Positions 12,426-25,740 of a stretch of 64,000 nt of DNA are shown here, one piece after another. The notes below the pieces were generated by a model. That model had not been told where the DNA came from. It made no database searches and was given only the letters and a program-made list of their open reading frames with translations. Position 1 is the stretch's first letter, and each line of letters begins with the position of its first letter. Source of the DNA: Camelus ferus (taxonomy: Eukaryota); contig NC_045696.1 of NCBI RefSeq assembly GCF_009834535.1, positions 111,292,001 through 111,356,000 on the forward strand, given 5' to 3'. The translations under genes were made by a program, and so were the position numbers.

Positions 12426-13200
12426 TAACTAAAAAGCCAGTCTTTCCAGGGAGGAAAATATCAGGTCAGCACACTACATGAAGATTGTTTCAGGGTAAAT
12501 GTTAGACAGTCAGCATGTGTTCAGGCAGTGAGAAGATTATCGATTCATCTGAATATGTCTAATTATTACAACTGGCCAGCAGTCATTTATAGACATTGTT
12601 CATACATTTTTAAACATACTGCCTGGAAACATTTCCAAAGAGCTATTCATGCTTTCTAACAGAGGTACATTGGTGTGCTTTTCTGAGATTATGCTCTCGA
12701 CATTGAAATAATTGAAAAATGCTGTGCAGATTGGCTAATCTTAGCAACAAAGAAATCCATTGCTTTCTTGCGTTCTTAAAAATATTTTATATTCCTGCAT
12801 TTTAGGCCCATCATATTCATTTTGTTTAAATGAGTCTCCAAATATGGAATTCCTGCCTGACTCTTTTCAATTTGCCCATCATTCTAATTTTGCCAAACTC
12901 TCTCCACCTGAGCACTCTGAGTCAAGCCTCTGCTGGCAAGTCTGCATGATGATTTATCTACAGGAGGGGGAGAATGGAGGAGAATTTGCAAGGGGCAAAC
13001 AGTAAAAATCCATGATCTGTCCTCACAGTTTTAAGATCCCTTTAAAATTATTTCATTCTAGCATTTCTCTACTGAAATACTTTGCTTTCCAGAGAGCCTT
13101 CTGGGTGGGAAAAAAGCAAGCACTGTACTGCAAGGGTGCAGGAGTGCCTAGCACGGTTACAAATTCATGCATCTGGCTTTCATACATACAGTTTATTCTT

Positions 13201-13478
13201 TTCTTTTTATTGAAGTATAGTCAGTTATAATGTGTCAATTTCTGGTGTACAGACTAATGTTTTAGTCGTACATATATATACATATATAGGTATTCATTTT
13301 CATATTCTTTTTCATTAAAAATTACTACAAGATGTTGAATATAGTTCCCTGTGCTATAAAGAAGAAATTTGTTTTTTTATCTATTTTTATATATAGTAGT
13401 TAATATTTACAAATCTCAAACTCTCAATTTATCCCTTTTCCTCCAGTAACCATAGGATTGTTTACTATGCTGCGAGTC
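13201..13478 (-). mobile_element. L1 3'UTR fragment (artiodactyl-type) with 17-bp TSD
   Basis: TTTATTGAAGTATAGT...GAATATAGTTCCCTGTGCTATA; exact TSD ACATACAGTTTATTCTT at 13184-13200 and 13479-13495. Confidence 0.92.
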
Positions 13479-14191
13479 ACATACAGTTTATTCTTACTTA
13501 ACACTGCCCTAAGCTCCTTATGAGCCCCATTCCCCTGGGGAGTGGGAACGACTTAGATCTGCCAATTAAACAAGTTCCAGAGTCTTCTGATTCAATACCT
13601 TCCTCTCCCTATAAACATTAGGTCATTCAAAGTTGAGCCTTTTATCAGGCCTCTGAAGCCCCTAAATGATCTTTTTCGGGAAGAACACAACTTTCCAGAT
13701 AAGGAAGCTGTGCCTTCATCTTTTCTCTGACTTCCCTTTTCCTTTTTCCAAGATGCTGTTTGGGTGTGTGGAGAGTGAGATGAGTTGTGTCCTTAGCGGA
13801 ATATCCTGGCTGGAAAGAGGAGCCGCTCCTGTGATGCCGTGTTGTCTTCTGCTTCCTCGGGTATCTTTCGGAGGAGATGTCCCCTGACTGGTAGCTTGCA
13901 CGACGTGTGTCCTATTTGCATTCTCACCTAAAGCTGGCAGGGAGATTGCTCTCATCTGGGCCAAGGTTCAGTGTTTCCTTACGGTCTCAGCCAGTCTTCT
14001 AATCGGTGTCATAAAGGCCTCTGGTGTCTGCATTCTCCATCCAGCCCTTGGTCTGGGTGTTTCACCCAGCCGGCCCCTGTCCTTTCCCTGGGGAGGCCCT
14101 AAGGCAGAGACACCTGACTTCAGTTCAGCATCCTAGTTGTCTGCCTCTGGGGCCCAGTGAAAATGTCTGAGTCTAAAATCAGGCCGTAGGA

Positions 14192-14360
14192 CAATTATCC
14201 TCAACTTTAGGGTGTAAGAAACACCTGGAGTATCTGTTGAGCCAGGTTGCTGAGCCCCATTCTTAGAGTTTCTGATTCAGTTGGTCTGAAGTTGGGTCCA
14301 AGGATTCACATCTTGGACACCTTCCCAGAGGATGCTGATGCTGCTTTGAAAACCACTGGC
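14192..14360. mobile_element. MER5A-like hAT-Charlie DNA transposon
   Basis: AGAGTTTCTGATTCAGTTGGTCTG...CCCAGAGGATGCTGATGCTGCT...AACCACTG. Confidence 0.8.
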
Positions 14361-15603
14361 CATAGGAGGACTTCAGGAAAGCTGAAGCATTGGTCCTTCC
14401 AATTCTACCTCAGAATGGCTTGATACGGTTAATGAAAGCCTATGAGACTGTTACCTTTTGGAATCCCTAACATGATCTTTTTATGTAGCCCACCTTGGGT
14501 GTCCCCTTTATCTAACATGCCCTCAGTGTCTCCTCAGGCTGCTCATATTTCCCACCCCCACCCTACCTTCTTACATCCTTTCATCCCTTCCCAATCCTTT
14601 TGAACCAGAGTAAGTAAATTTGGTTTCCCACCTCCCATATGCAATATTCTCCCACCCTAGTCAACAAGCCAAGTAGCACATGTGCCATAGGAAAGCAGGG
14701 CATTTTCTTTCCACATTGTGAAAGACCTGGCTGTAGAAATGCTCTGAATACTTGGAAAAATTCATTCTTTCTAGAGAAAGCCTGGCTTTAAAGATAAATG
14801 TCTTTCTGAAGGATCATATACGGGTCCAGCTAACGATGAACTCTTTCTTTCAGAAAGTCAAGATAAACCTTCTCTTTGCATCCCTGGTGTAACAACCCCC
14901 CTTTCTGCTTTCTGCACCCCTTCCTCTGCAGTGGCAGGTGGGTGGATCTCTCACAGCTAAAGGAAACAGTACAGCCGTGGAATTACAAAGTACAGAGGTC
15001 AGTAATATTTTTACTAAATACCCTTCTTATAGAGTGTGTTCGTTCAGGTCCCCATCCCCATTCTAATGCTTTCTTTGAGGGACTGGTGACCAAAGAGCTC
15101 AAATTACAGAACATGTTACATATTATATAGTAGAAAGCAAATCTATCCCTAGTGCTAACACGGGACTTAAATTACTTAATTGAACATTATGAAGCCCCAA
15201 ATTCCCATATACTGTCATTATTTTCAAATATTCACTTCCTTGCCAATAGCTATATTTTGCCAGCTTGCGAAGACAAAGCAAGTTGGCAAGAGAACGGGAA
15301 ACCTGTAATTGGCAGCACAGAAAATCTCTCTGTTGCCAATTTCATGGGCAGGTGCCCAGGATTTGATAAGATGAGAGAGGAAAATGTATTTGTTGCTATG
15401 ATTCTGAAAGTTATAGAAAACATCTTTCTGCTATTTTGCTGTTCATGACCATGAATCTACGCTGATGAAATTTTGGGGTGGGTAAGCTGTCTCAGAGGGC
15501 CTACCACCATACCACAGCTCTCCAAATTTGGGGAAAAATATGACTTGGCCAAGCTTCCCCAATTTGCTTCAGCCCAGCAAAGAATTTAGCAAAATGCCCA
15601 CAG

Positions 15604-15606
<3 letters not shown>

Positions 15607-15652
<46 letters not shown>
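15607..15652. repeat. (TG)n microsatellite
   Basis: Uninterrupted TG run. Confidence 0.98.
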
Positions 15653-15655
<3 letters not shown>

Positions 15656-16964
15656 AAGGGGGAGTTTTCAGAACCACAAGTTCACAGAAGCTATTTCTAA
15701 GACTTATACAAGGCCTGCCTCCTTGGGACCTCTCTAAACACCCCACATACGTGTCCTCAAACATTCCCCACATCTTTTGGGCCACTCCATAAGAGAAATC
15801 AGCTATGAGAATGGGAGAATTTGGCTTTGAGGGTCTTAAGGAAGAGAATATTTAGACTCCTTCCTCTCTTGAAGCCAAGGTTTTTATTCTCAAACCATGC
15901 TGTATCTAGAAATTCAGACCAATGTCCATTACTATTTACAAGATCCTCTGGCTCTGTTTCCTACATTTTGGTGCTTGTAAGAATGTCCTCTGTCCCTTCA
16001 GGAAGCCCCTTGTCCCAACTGCTAACTTCATCCATCCCTTACTACAGTTTAGATCATGAACTAGACATGTCCAAGATGCACATCAGGCCCTGAAGGAAGA
16101 CGGAAAGTCAGTCAAGACACAGACCTGGAGATGCTCTCCAAGGTAGTGACTGTGTTTGGGATCCTCAGTCCTCTAACATAGGAGGGGGAAATATGGTTGC
16201 TACACATGGAGGTTTAGCTCTACAAATCTGCAGAATTCCATTGGTGGAGAACCAGTCACTATTTATTACCTTGTATGGACAGCTGAGTACAGTCATCAAA
16301 ACAAGATTCTTGTGAAGCTTTAGTGATGCGTATACTTCCCCATCCTAGTTGAACCTAATTTTAATTCTTACACATAACATTCCAGGGAAGAATTACCTGG
16401 ACAAATCAGCTTTTAACTAAGAGGAGAAAAGCCTATGTGTGCTTGGCTGACTGGTGTTCTTTCTTAGTGTAGAGTATGTCATATCAGCATTTAAATGGCT
16501 TCTGATTAATAAGTACTTTTTTCAAGGCCACAGAGACTGAAATTAAGATAAACACATATTAACAGAGTGGGAACAATAATAGAAGGAAATACGCATCCTG
16601 GTTTAAAATGCATATTGTAAGTGATGCTAAATGCATGGAAACACAGTTATTAAACCAGCATGGAGGAACATAGACCTATTTTATTGACGTAATTAAATAC
16701 TCATCAATTTTTGGGACCTTGGATCCTTTTAGGGAATTGAAAATTGGAGGGGAAGTGTTAAACGAGGCCTAATGGGTGGCAAACAGCTTGACTTCTTGAC
16801 ATCAGTGGACACAGTGGCTGAGCTTCAAGGCTCATTTGCTACAGAAAATGCATGGTCTGTTGAACTTGAGAGCTGAGGTGGGAAGAGGTTTCAAACAGCG
16901 TCAGAGCCAATGTCTTCTTTAAATTGTCCTATGATTACAGTACCATGTTGACAGTGACAGCAGC

Positions 16965-17060
16965 AATAATCATAGTGAAGCCTTACTGGGCTCTTAGTAC
17001 AGGTCAGGCACTATTGTAGGCAGTGAATAGGTTTTAACTCATTTGAACTTAACCGTAAGT
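16965..17060 (-). mobile_element. MIR fragment
   Basis: TTACTGGGCTCTTAGTACAGGTCAGGCACTATT...TTAACTCATTTGA. Confidence 0.55.
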
Positions 17061-20000
17061 TCTGTCATCATGCGGTAAGAAGTATTCTGTCGTTGTTCTG
17101 AACATTGTTAACACTCCCTTCAGAGCCTCCAAATCAGAGGTGCTTTCTTATCCCTTGATGCTCCACGGACTCTCTTCTTGTGATGTTCATCACCTGCAGG
17201 CATCACCATTGGTCCACCCATCCCTGCCCCCCTCACTACTAGAGCACAGCTGGCTGGACCTTACCAATCACTGTATCTTCACATTGCCAAGATCTCTGAT
17301 TCCCCCTTCATGTATTTGCAGAATAGGGATTTGAGTAATTAAAAAACACTATGCAGCTGTTTTTTTCTCTCAAATAATATTTCAGGATTTGTTTTAAATA
17401 TGTATCCATTAGTGATGAAAATTAAGAAAATCTGTTTATAAAACAGTATGCAAAATTTGATACCAATTTGTAAAAATGGTGTATATACATATATACGTCT
17501 AAAGGTTAATAGATTTGGATATATAACAATGTTAAAAGTGATCATCTCTGGACAGGAAGATGATTGGTATGGTAATCTTTATGCTTGTCTACTTTCTAAA
17601 ACAAAATGTTACAAGGCTATGGTAAATGCTGACTGTTAAAATACTTACTGATTTGAATGTAATCATGGTTTTGTCTAATTACTTTTGCTGAACACTTAAT
17701 AACATAGAGAATAGGAAAAAGAAAACAAAACTAACATCCAATAAATGTCTCACACATATTTCTTAAGAGAAGTTTATCCTTTGGATAATTCCAGTTTTAT
17801 GGATTTAAAAACTGAGCAAGATATTACCAGGCTTTCCCTCATTTCTGTCTTTCATGAAGTCTTACCCCACTATTTGACCCTAAAACTAAGGTTTGAGAAC
17901 ATTAGGACTTTTCGGAAATCTGCATATAGAATCTTGCTTAAAGATAGCAAGCCAAGAAAAGAAGCGCTTCTCCCCTGAGGCACACTGTAAATTTTTGGCA
18001 CGATGAATTGGAGTTACTCTAAATAACCTTGCTTTGAACGACTTGGGGTAGTCAGGATTCTTTAAAACCATGCTCGTCAAGGTTCTTCTTGATCAAAGAG
18101 TTTCCTCCCCTTCAAAGCTCCTATGAAGAAACCTTCCAAAGAGACTTCAGCTAAAGTCTGTGCAGAACTGTTTAAGGGTCAACTGATGCCAGCACAGCAC
18201 ATTCCGAAGCAGATTTTAAATTTATAAAAATTAAGCAAGGTTAATTTGCTTGTTGTTCCTATAGTTAAGGAACAAGTTGTGCTTTTTGTCTGCAGTCGTA
18301 ATTCTTTGCTTAGTTACTTCATAAAATATTTCAACTGTCCATGTAACTCACAATGGAAAAGATGATGGTTACAGGAGAAATCTAACCAGAAGGGTGAAAC
18401 CATTTTGCCACAAAACACTTATCTATTTGGTGAAACTAGGGTTACATGTTTATAAGTGTAATTTCTTGCTCAAAAGGTATGCACGTTTCAAAGATTTTGT
18501 GATTTACTGCCCTGTTACCCTCAAACAAATGACATTGCTTTTTCTCCCAATACCATTTCTCCAAACTTTCCACAGCACTTTGTATTATCAGTGTTAACTT
18601 TTCAATATCATAGTATAAATGTAACAACTGAGTGTTTTGAATTTCTTGAATTATTAGTAAAGTTGAAAATTTTCATTTATTTATAATTAAATTGTCTGTA
18701 TTATTTTGTGAACTGCCTTTCTTACAGGCATTTTTTTAAATGTGGCAACTTTGTCCATACTTATTTTGAGTAATTATATATTTAGGATATTAATATCTTT
18801 CTTGTCATACAAGAAGCTTTTTCAAATTTTCATTTGTGTTGAATTTACTCATGTGTTTAAATATCACTTTTTGAAGTTCTTAAGCACCCAAGCTAACTTG
18901 AAAAAGTTGTTAAAATAAAGTTATTCATAGAAGTGTTAGGCTGGACAATACCAAATTCTAACTTGACCTTTTTCTCCTAAGCTGGAAAAACTCTAACTCC
19001 ACCCTGAGAGATGTATATCTTGTCCTTCCCTTTGCAACTTCAAAAAATAACACAAAAGCAACAATAATAAACAATGTTTGACCCTGTATTCTCAAGGTCT
19101 GTTTTCAATAAGATAAGATTTCTCCAAACCTTTTTTTGTCTCATATTTCTTCAAATACTTACAGTTTTGATGAGTCTAGCCAACATGTGAGCATCATAAT
19201 AACAATTTTAAATCCATCTTTCAGTGTAAAAACCAAGAAGAATTCTGACAAGACACTGATTTACAGACATCTGACTAATGGCTTAGGATCATGTCTGCTT
19301 CTGTCAAAGATAGAGGTTCTTGAATACAGGCATAAATCAGATTCAATTTAACCATGGCAACTTCTAACAGACTTGGAATTCTTGATGAATTTAGTGAGTG
19401 ATGTCACTTGCTCAGAAGAATGTGAAGCTCACCATGTGGTCCAACCACTCTTAGATGCCACAGCGTTTCTGTGACACGGAGCAGTTTTCTCACCTAGGAG
19501 AGTAGGTAGCATGTGCAACACCTGGAATCTCTCCTGCCCCTCAGGACAGTGTTCACCAAGTTATCCTCCAGGCATCTCCTCTTGATTCCCATCAGCAAAA
19601 AAAAAAAAAAAAAAAAAAAATAAAGCCAAATGGGCACATGTTCTGAGAATCCCAATCGTATTTGCCTATGTCTGTTATTTTTTGAGGGGGCAAAGGGGAT
19701 ATAGAAGCTTAGGGCATCCCCTGAAAGCTGTGCTGTCCTGCTGTTAAAATGCACATGTGCACACAGAGGAAGTATTTTGCACAAAATTTCTGGAGCTACA
19801 GATTTCCATCTGATGTTCATCTATAGGTCCTTAAAGGGGTTAGAACCTTCTAGTCTACGATAATGTGGTTTCTTATACTTACCTAAGGGTCTGAGAAGCA
19901 GCAAGAAAGAACCTCACCGGGAGGCTCCCAGTCTGATTCTGAATGTTAGACTGTGATATGAACCACATCACGCATTACTTTGCCAGTAGAATGCTTTCCT

Positions 20001-20574
20001 TTATCAAAAACAAAACACCCAAAACCTTTGAATACCAAGATGGACAGCTGGTCCCTGCTGTCCCAAAAGAGTCGACCGAGCACTCTGTGGATGCCCCACT
20101 GGGTAATAAACACTACCTTGTCTAAGGTTAGGTATTATTTGCATCACCCAGAGGAAAGCCAGCCTTCGTCCAGATGCAGGTTGTAAGTGCCTGCCCACAC
20201 ACAGCGTGGTGTTCTTTGTGAAGCGCTGACCTGAGAGTGAGAAAACCAGTGTGTCCTCTTCCAGGACCCTAGATGACCCCCTTCCTCCCTCTCTCTTTCT
20301 CTCTCTCCATCACTTGCTCACTTCCGCTCTTGCTCGAGATCTTATCACTCAGCTATAATGTATACTTGGATGAGAACCATAACAAGAAAGGGTGGCTTCA
20401 CATTCATATTATATTTGCTGACCATTTTATTAAGATCTGGGGAAGCTGACAAAGTGATAAGAAACACATACCTAAAGAGAATTTTAAAAATCTTATTAGT
20501 CAGCGTGTGGGGTGAGATGAATTCCCTCACAATCTGGGTTTTCTATTGCAAATACGCACACACACACACACAGA

Positions 20575-20770
20575 GGCAGTCTTGGCATGCCTGGACTTAC
20601 AGGAGCACCTCTACCTTTGTCTCTACATGGCATTCTTCCTATGTGCTTGTCTATGTGTCCAAATTTCCCTTTTTTATAAGGATATCAGTTATATTGCATT
20701 AGGGCCCACCCTAATGACCTCATCTTAATTTAACTAATCACACCTGCAGTGACCCTATTTCCAAAAAAGG
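20575..20770 (-). mobile_element. MLT1 (ERVL-MaLR) LTR fragment
   Basis: GTGTCCAAATTTCCCTTTTTTATAAGGA...TTAGGGCCCACCCTAATGACCTCATCTTAA...GACCCTATTTCCAAA. Confidence 0.85.
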
Positions 20771-22040
20771 CTGTTTGTGTTTGACCACATCCTATCGTAT
20801 TTATGGAAATTAGTCATCCACATACGTCACTTACACGTAGTAATTTTCAGTTGACTAAAAAAGTGTTCGACTTCAGAATAGCGCATAATGCAGCTTATAT
20901 TAACAGGCTGAGATGACCTTTTCGTGTAGCCGTCATTCACCTAGTGTAGAGCGCTCTGAAAGTCCAGTGTTTAAATGGGTCTATTACTTGGTTGCTGTTT
21001 TCATTCTTCTGACCTTCGGCTGCTCTGTGGTTTGAGGAACTGTTTAGAAACAGGTGTAGTTTCATTTCACAGAATATGCTGAAGCGCAAAGAATGCCTCT
21101 CACTCATCCTCCTCAGCATCGGTCTGCTTTTCTTTTCTTCTCGTATTTTGACATGTTCCTTCCTGAAAACTTGAATGACTTATTTCCTAAAAAAAAAACA
21201 GAGCCCAAGAGGGATCACGCATACACTGCCTGTCCAGACCTTCCCAGTCTCACACCAGTGACTGCTCAAGCAGCAGCAAAAGGGAAGTGGATGCACTCAT
21301 ACTTTCTGCTCTCCCAAGAGGGGACACTTTCCTTCTGATAACTACAGAATTACATCTCTTTTATGCTCTTCTTGCTAACACTAACTCTATCTGCACACAT
21401 ATTCTCTCCTTGAAAAACTCTGATCTTCAGGGACAGAAATACGGAGGAATGGCATTACCTGACAGCCTACAGTTCCATGGGGCATGTGTGTGAATATACC
21501 ATCATTTAGAGATAAAGTCACTTACATATTTTTAACAAAGTTGGCTTCCAAATTGATGCTAAATATTGAGATCAAAAGAAGCTCTTTTATGCCAAATTCC
21601 CTAACTAGACTGGGATAGAAAAAAAATAGTAAAGTAAAAATAGCTACCATGTTAAGAACGGCATGAAGTAAAAAAAATATAGCTATTCAAGTTTCACAAG
21701 ACATAATTTGCATTGAAATAGGAATGATTTAATCACCACTACAACCAAGTTGGTGAGAGAGAAGTGTTTTTAAGACAGTTCTTTATTTCTAACCATATTT
21801 TTGCTAGAAGATAATGTCCTGGTGTTTCATTAGGTGACAATATTTTAGTTGTTCTTGTCACAACTTTGCATTGCTATTTTAATCTTTTAATAAAAAAAGA
21901 TCTTAATTCATTATCTTTCTTACCCTTTTGTACAAATATTTATACAATGCCCTTCCATTCTCTATTCAAAAATAATATTCAGTAACATTTCCAATGAGCT
22001 TTGGAACCTTTTCATAAAGTTCAGTAAACTGTTAGATTTT

Positions 22041-22159
22041 ATTTATTTTTTTTCATGTTTTATTGATTTATAATCATTTTACAATGTGTCAAATTCCAGT
22101 GTTCAGCACAATTTTTCAGTCATTCAGGGACATATACACACTCATTGGCACATTTTTTT
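22041..22159 (-). mobile_element. Extremely truncated young L1 3' end (~120 bp) with 12-bp TSD
   Basis: Matches the first ~120 bp of the copies at 11715 and 23737; TSD CTGTTAGATTTT at 22029-22040 and 22160-22171; TTTT/AA endonuclease site. Confidence 0.92.
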
Positions 22160-23736
22160 CTGTTAGATTTTAATTTTGTTCATTTTGCACATTTCAAGGG
22201 ATAGTCGTAAATTAAATTTGTCTAAATTTCAGTGAACTGGACAATGATTTATCCCATGTCTAAGCTTCAAGTCATGATTACTAATTACAGTAAGGATTTT
22301 TTTTCTTAATTTTAAGATTATTTTTATTTTTTTTTAAATTAGAATATAGCCATATGTGTTAGGAGAAGTAAGAAAAAAAGTTGAGAATGTTTAGTTAAAG
22401 CAGGTGGAGTCATAATCAATTATATTTTTATTCTATTTATTTGAAAACATTAAAAAGACAGAAAAAATAGAGAAGGAATTTCTATATTCTGTGTTACAAA
22501 GCAACTCTCATAATTCAAACCATGTTGTGTAGGTTGTATCTCAATTGTAATAAAATTTGAATCACAATGAAGCAGTGAAATGAAACTGACACAGCTTTCT
22601 TAATACCTCGGGATAAATAAACATCTTTGTGGACGTGTCATAGTCCTGAAGGGCCATCTGATAAAGCTTTGATTCCAAAAATATGAAGGTATAGATACAG
22701 GGCAGTCTAGAGAAGTAGAGGTGCCAGCAAACTTTAAACCACAAAAAAAGGAGGATGAAGCAGAGGGGAAGAAGAAAGACACAATCACACTCTCATTTTC
22801 AATGACCTGCCTCCTGGTTAAATAAAGTGACCGGGGGTGAGGTGAGGAGGAGAGCAGCTAACCTGAGATCACTATGTGGGAAGTCTGACTGAAGACGAGT
22901 CCCTGAGAACCACGCTGACCCTTTAAATGTCTAACTCAATAGAAGACATGACCTCCAGACAGATGATGTGCTTTGCAGAGGGGAATTAAGTCCAAAGGAA
23001 GCAGAAAATTGCCCTCATCCCTGTCTTTAGCATGTGTCAGTAAAAACGTGTATGACTATAGTTTTCCCTATCAAAACTTAGGTCTGAAAAAAGTGCAAAT
23101 TACTACTAATATACTACGAATTATGCTATTTTTCACACACCAGAGAAACTGAGAGCATGATGGAAAGTGAGAGAGAGAGAGAGAGGCAGGGTAAGAGAAG
23201 GAATGAATGAGCAAAGGAATAATATAAAGGGAGTTGGCTAATATAGTAGAGGTGGAATTACCTTCAGGAAACAGATAAACAATTCAGATAAATTAGTCTC
23301 TATAGTCGGAAAAAATTTAAGGCAACTTATTATCTAGAAAATAATAGATCACAAAGGGATGTTAAATAAATTGAAGGAGATAAAAAAGAAAATTCAACCT
23401 GTTATATAGATGAAATCTCCATCAGAAATTGCAATATGAAGGAAACAAAGGAAGGTCAGAAAACGCAACGAAGATCTATCGATTTTCAAGATGGAGAAAA
23501 TAACACAAAATAAAATGGAAAGTATCAAGGAGAAAATGTTAGAAAGAAGACAAAAGATAGAAGATTAAAAAAAATACAAATAATGATGTTAAAAAAAGAA
23601 AATAAATGTAACAGTATATAAAAGAAACAATTCTTGAAATTAAGTAAAAGTTTAATCATGTGATGAAAACATTCACTGTGTCGCAGGATAAAATTAACAG
23701 AATAATTAAGAACAGCATATCCTTGATAAAATTTTT

Positions 23737-24880
23737 TTAACATTTTTTTATTGAGTTACAGTCATTTTACAATGTTGTGTCAAATTCCAGTGTAGAGCAC
23801 AATTTTTCAGTTATACATGAACATAATATATTCATTGTCACATTTTTTTTCACTGTGTGTTACCACAAGATCTTGTATATATTTCCCTGTGCTATACAGT
23901 ATGATCTTGTTTATCTACTCTACATTTTGAAATCCCAGTTTGTCCCTTTCCACCCCCATCCCCCTTGGCAACCACAAGTTTGTATTCTATGTCTATGAGT
24001 CTGTTTCTGTTTTGTATTTATGTTTGTTTGTTTGTTTAGATTCCACATATGAGTGATCTCATATGGTATTTTTCTTTCTCTTTCTGGCTTACTTCACTTA
24101 GAATGACATTCTTCAGGGACATCCACATTGCTGCAAATGGTGTTATGTTGTCATTTTATGGCTGAATAGTATTCCATTGTATAAATAAAGCACCACTTCT
24201 TTATTCAGTCATCTGTCAATGGACATTTAGGCTGTTTCCATGTCTTGGCTGTTGTAAATAGTGCTGCTATGAACATTGGGGTGCAAGTGTCTTTTTGAAG
24301 TAGGGTTCCTTCTGGATATATGCCCAGGAGCAGGATTACTGGGTCATGTGGTAAGTCTATTCCTAGTTTTTTGAGGAATCTCCATACTGATTTCCACAGT
24401 GGCTGCACCAAACTACATTCCCACCAGCAGTGTAGGAGGGTTCCCTTCTCTCCACAGCCTCTCCTGCATTTGTCATTTGTGGACTTTTGAATGATGGCCA
24501 TTCTGACTGGTGTGAGGTGATACCTCATTGTAGTTTTGATTTGCATTTCTCTGATAATTAGTGCTATGGAACATTTTTTCATGGGCCTATTGATCATTTG
24601 TATTTCTTCCTTGAAGAATTGCTTATTTAGGTCTTCTGCCCATTTTTGGATTGGGTTGTTTGTTTTTTTCTTATTATGTCATATGAGCTGCTTATATATT
24701 CTGGAGATCAAGCCTTTGTCGGTTTCATCATTTGCAAAAATTTTCTCCCATTCCGTAGGTTGTCATTTTGTTTTACTTATGGCTCCCTTTGCTGTGCAGA
24801 AGCTTGTAAGTTTCATTAGGTCCCATTTGTTTATTCTTGCTTTTATTTCTATTGCTTGGGTAGACTGCCCTAGGAGAACA
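23737..24880 (-). mobile_element. Young LINE-1, 5'-truncated (~1.15 kb), with 14-bp TSD
   Basis: ORFs 24205-24597(-) and 24763-24948(-) encode ORF2p C-terminus incl. Cys knuckle [21 protein letters not shown] TTGATaAAATTTTT 23723-23736 / TTGATgAAATTTTT 24881-24894. Confidence 0.95.
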
Positions 24881-24955
24881 TTGATGAAATTTTTAAACTT
24901 GATAGTTAAAAGAATTATGTAACAATTCATGCAGAAAAAGCAACTCATCTAAGAA

Positions 24956-25320
24956 CGTCAAACTCAGAGTAGAATAGCGGTTGCTGTTCTCCACCAGGGA
25001 GTGTGGGAAATGGCGAGCTGTTGGTCAAAGGGTACAAGTTTTTATTTACAAGATAAATGAGTTTTGAAGATCTAATATACAACATGATGACTATAGTTAA
25101 TACTGTATTGTATACTTGAAATTTACTGAGAGTAAATCTTAAGTGTTCTCACCACCTCCCCCACATAAAAGGTAACTGAGTGGGGTGAAAGATGTGTTAA
25201 TTAACTTTACTTCGTCATCATTTTACAATGTATACATATATCAGATCAGCACTTTGCACACTTTAAATATGTACAATTTGATTTTCAATTATGCCCCAGT
25301 AAAGCTGAAGAAAGAGAAAC
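24956..25320 (+). mobile_element. L1MA8/9-like 3'UTR fragment
   Basis: TTGGTCAAAGGGTACAA...GATCTAATATACAACATGATGACTATAGTTAATA...CTTAAGTGTTCTCACCAC...AGTAAAGCTG. Confidence 0.85.
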
Positions 25321-25579
25321 AGTGATTGCTCCCCAAAGATTTAGAAATGGTACAACTCAGGCACATGTACAAGAAATCTGTTGCAAAGATAAGATCTATC
25401 AAAGAAGCCCAAAGCACCTGAATACAAATGAAGAAGAAGAGGAGGGAGGGGGAGGGGAGAGGTGGGAGAAGGAAAGGGGCCCAGGGGGAGGAGGGAGAGA
25501 TGCCTACGAATTTACACAAAGGGGAAAAAAATCCAGTTTTTGCTCCATCGTTCCAGATCTCTATTTCCATTTTATTCTT

Positions 25580-25740
25580 TTTTTAGGGAATTATACAATA
25601 TATGGTCTTTTGAGATGGGTTTCCTTCATTGAGCATAATTCTTTAAAGCTTCCACCCTATTATAGCATGTATTAGTAATTTATTCATTTTTATTGCTCAA
25701 TAATAGTCTATCATATGGATAAACCACATTTTGTTTATTT
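25580..25740 (-). mobile_element. Old L1 3' fragment
   Basis: ATACAATATATGGTCTTTTG...TTCATTTTTATTGCT.AATAATAGTC.ATCATATGGATA.ACCACATTTTGTTTAT. Confidence 0.7.
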
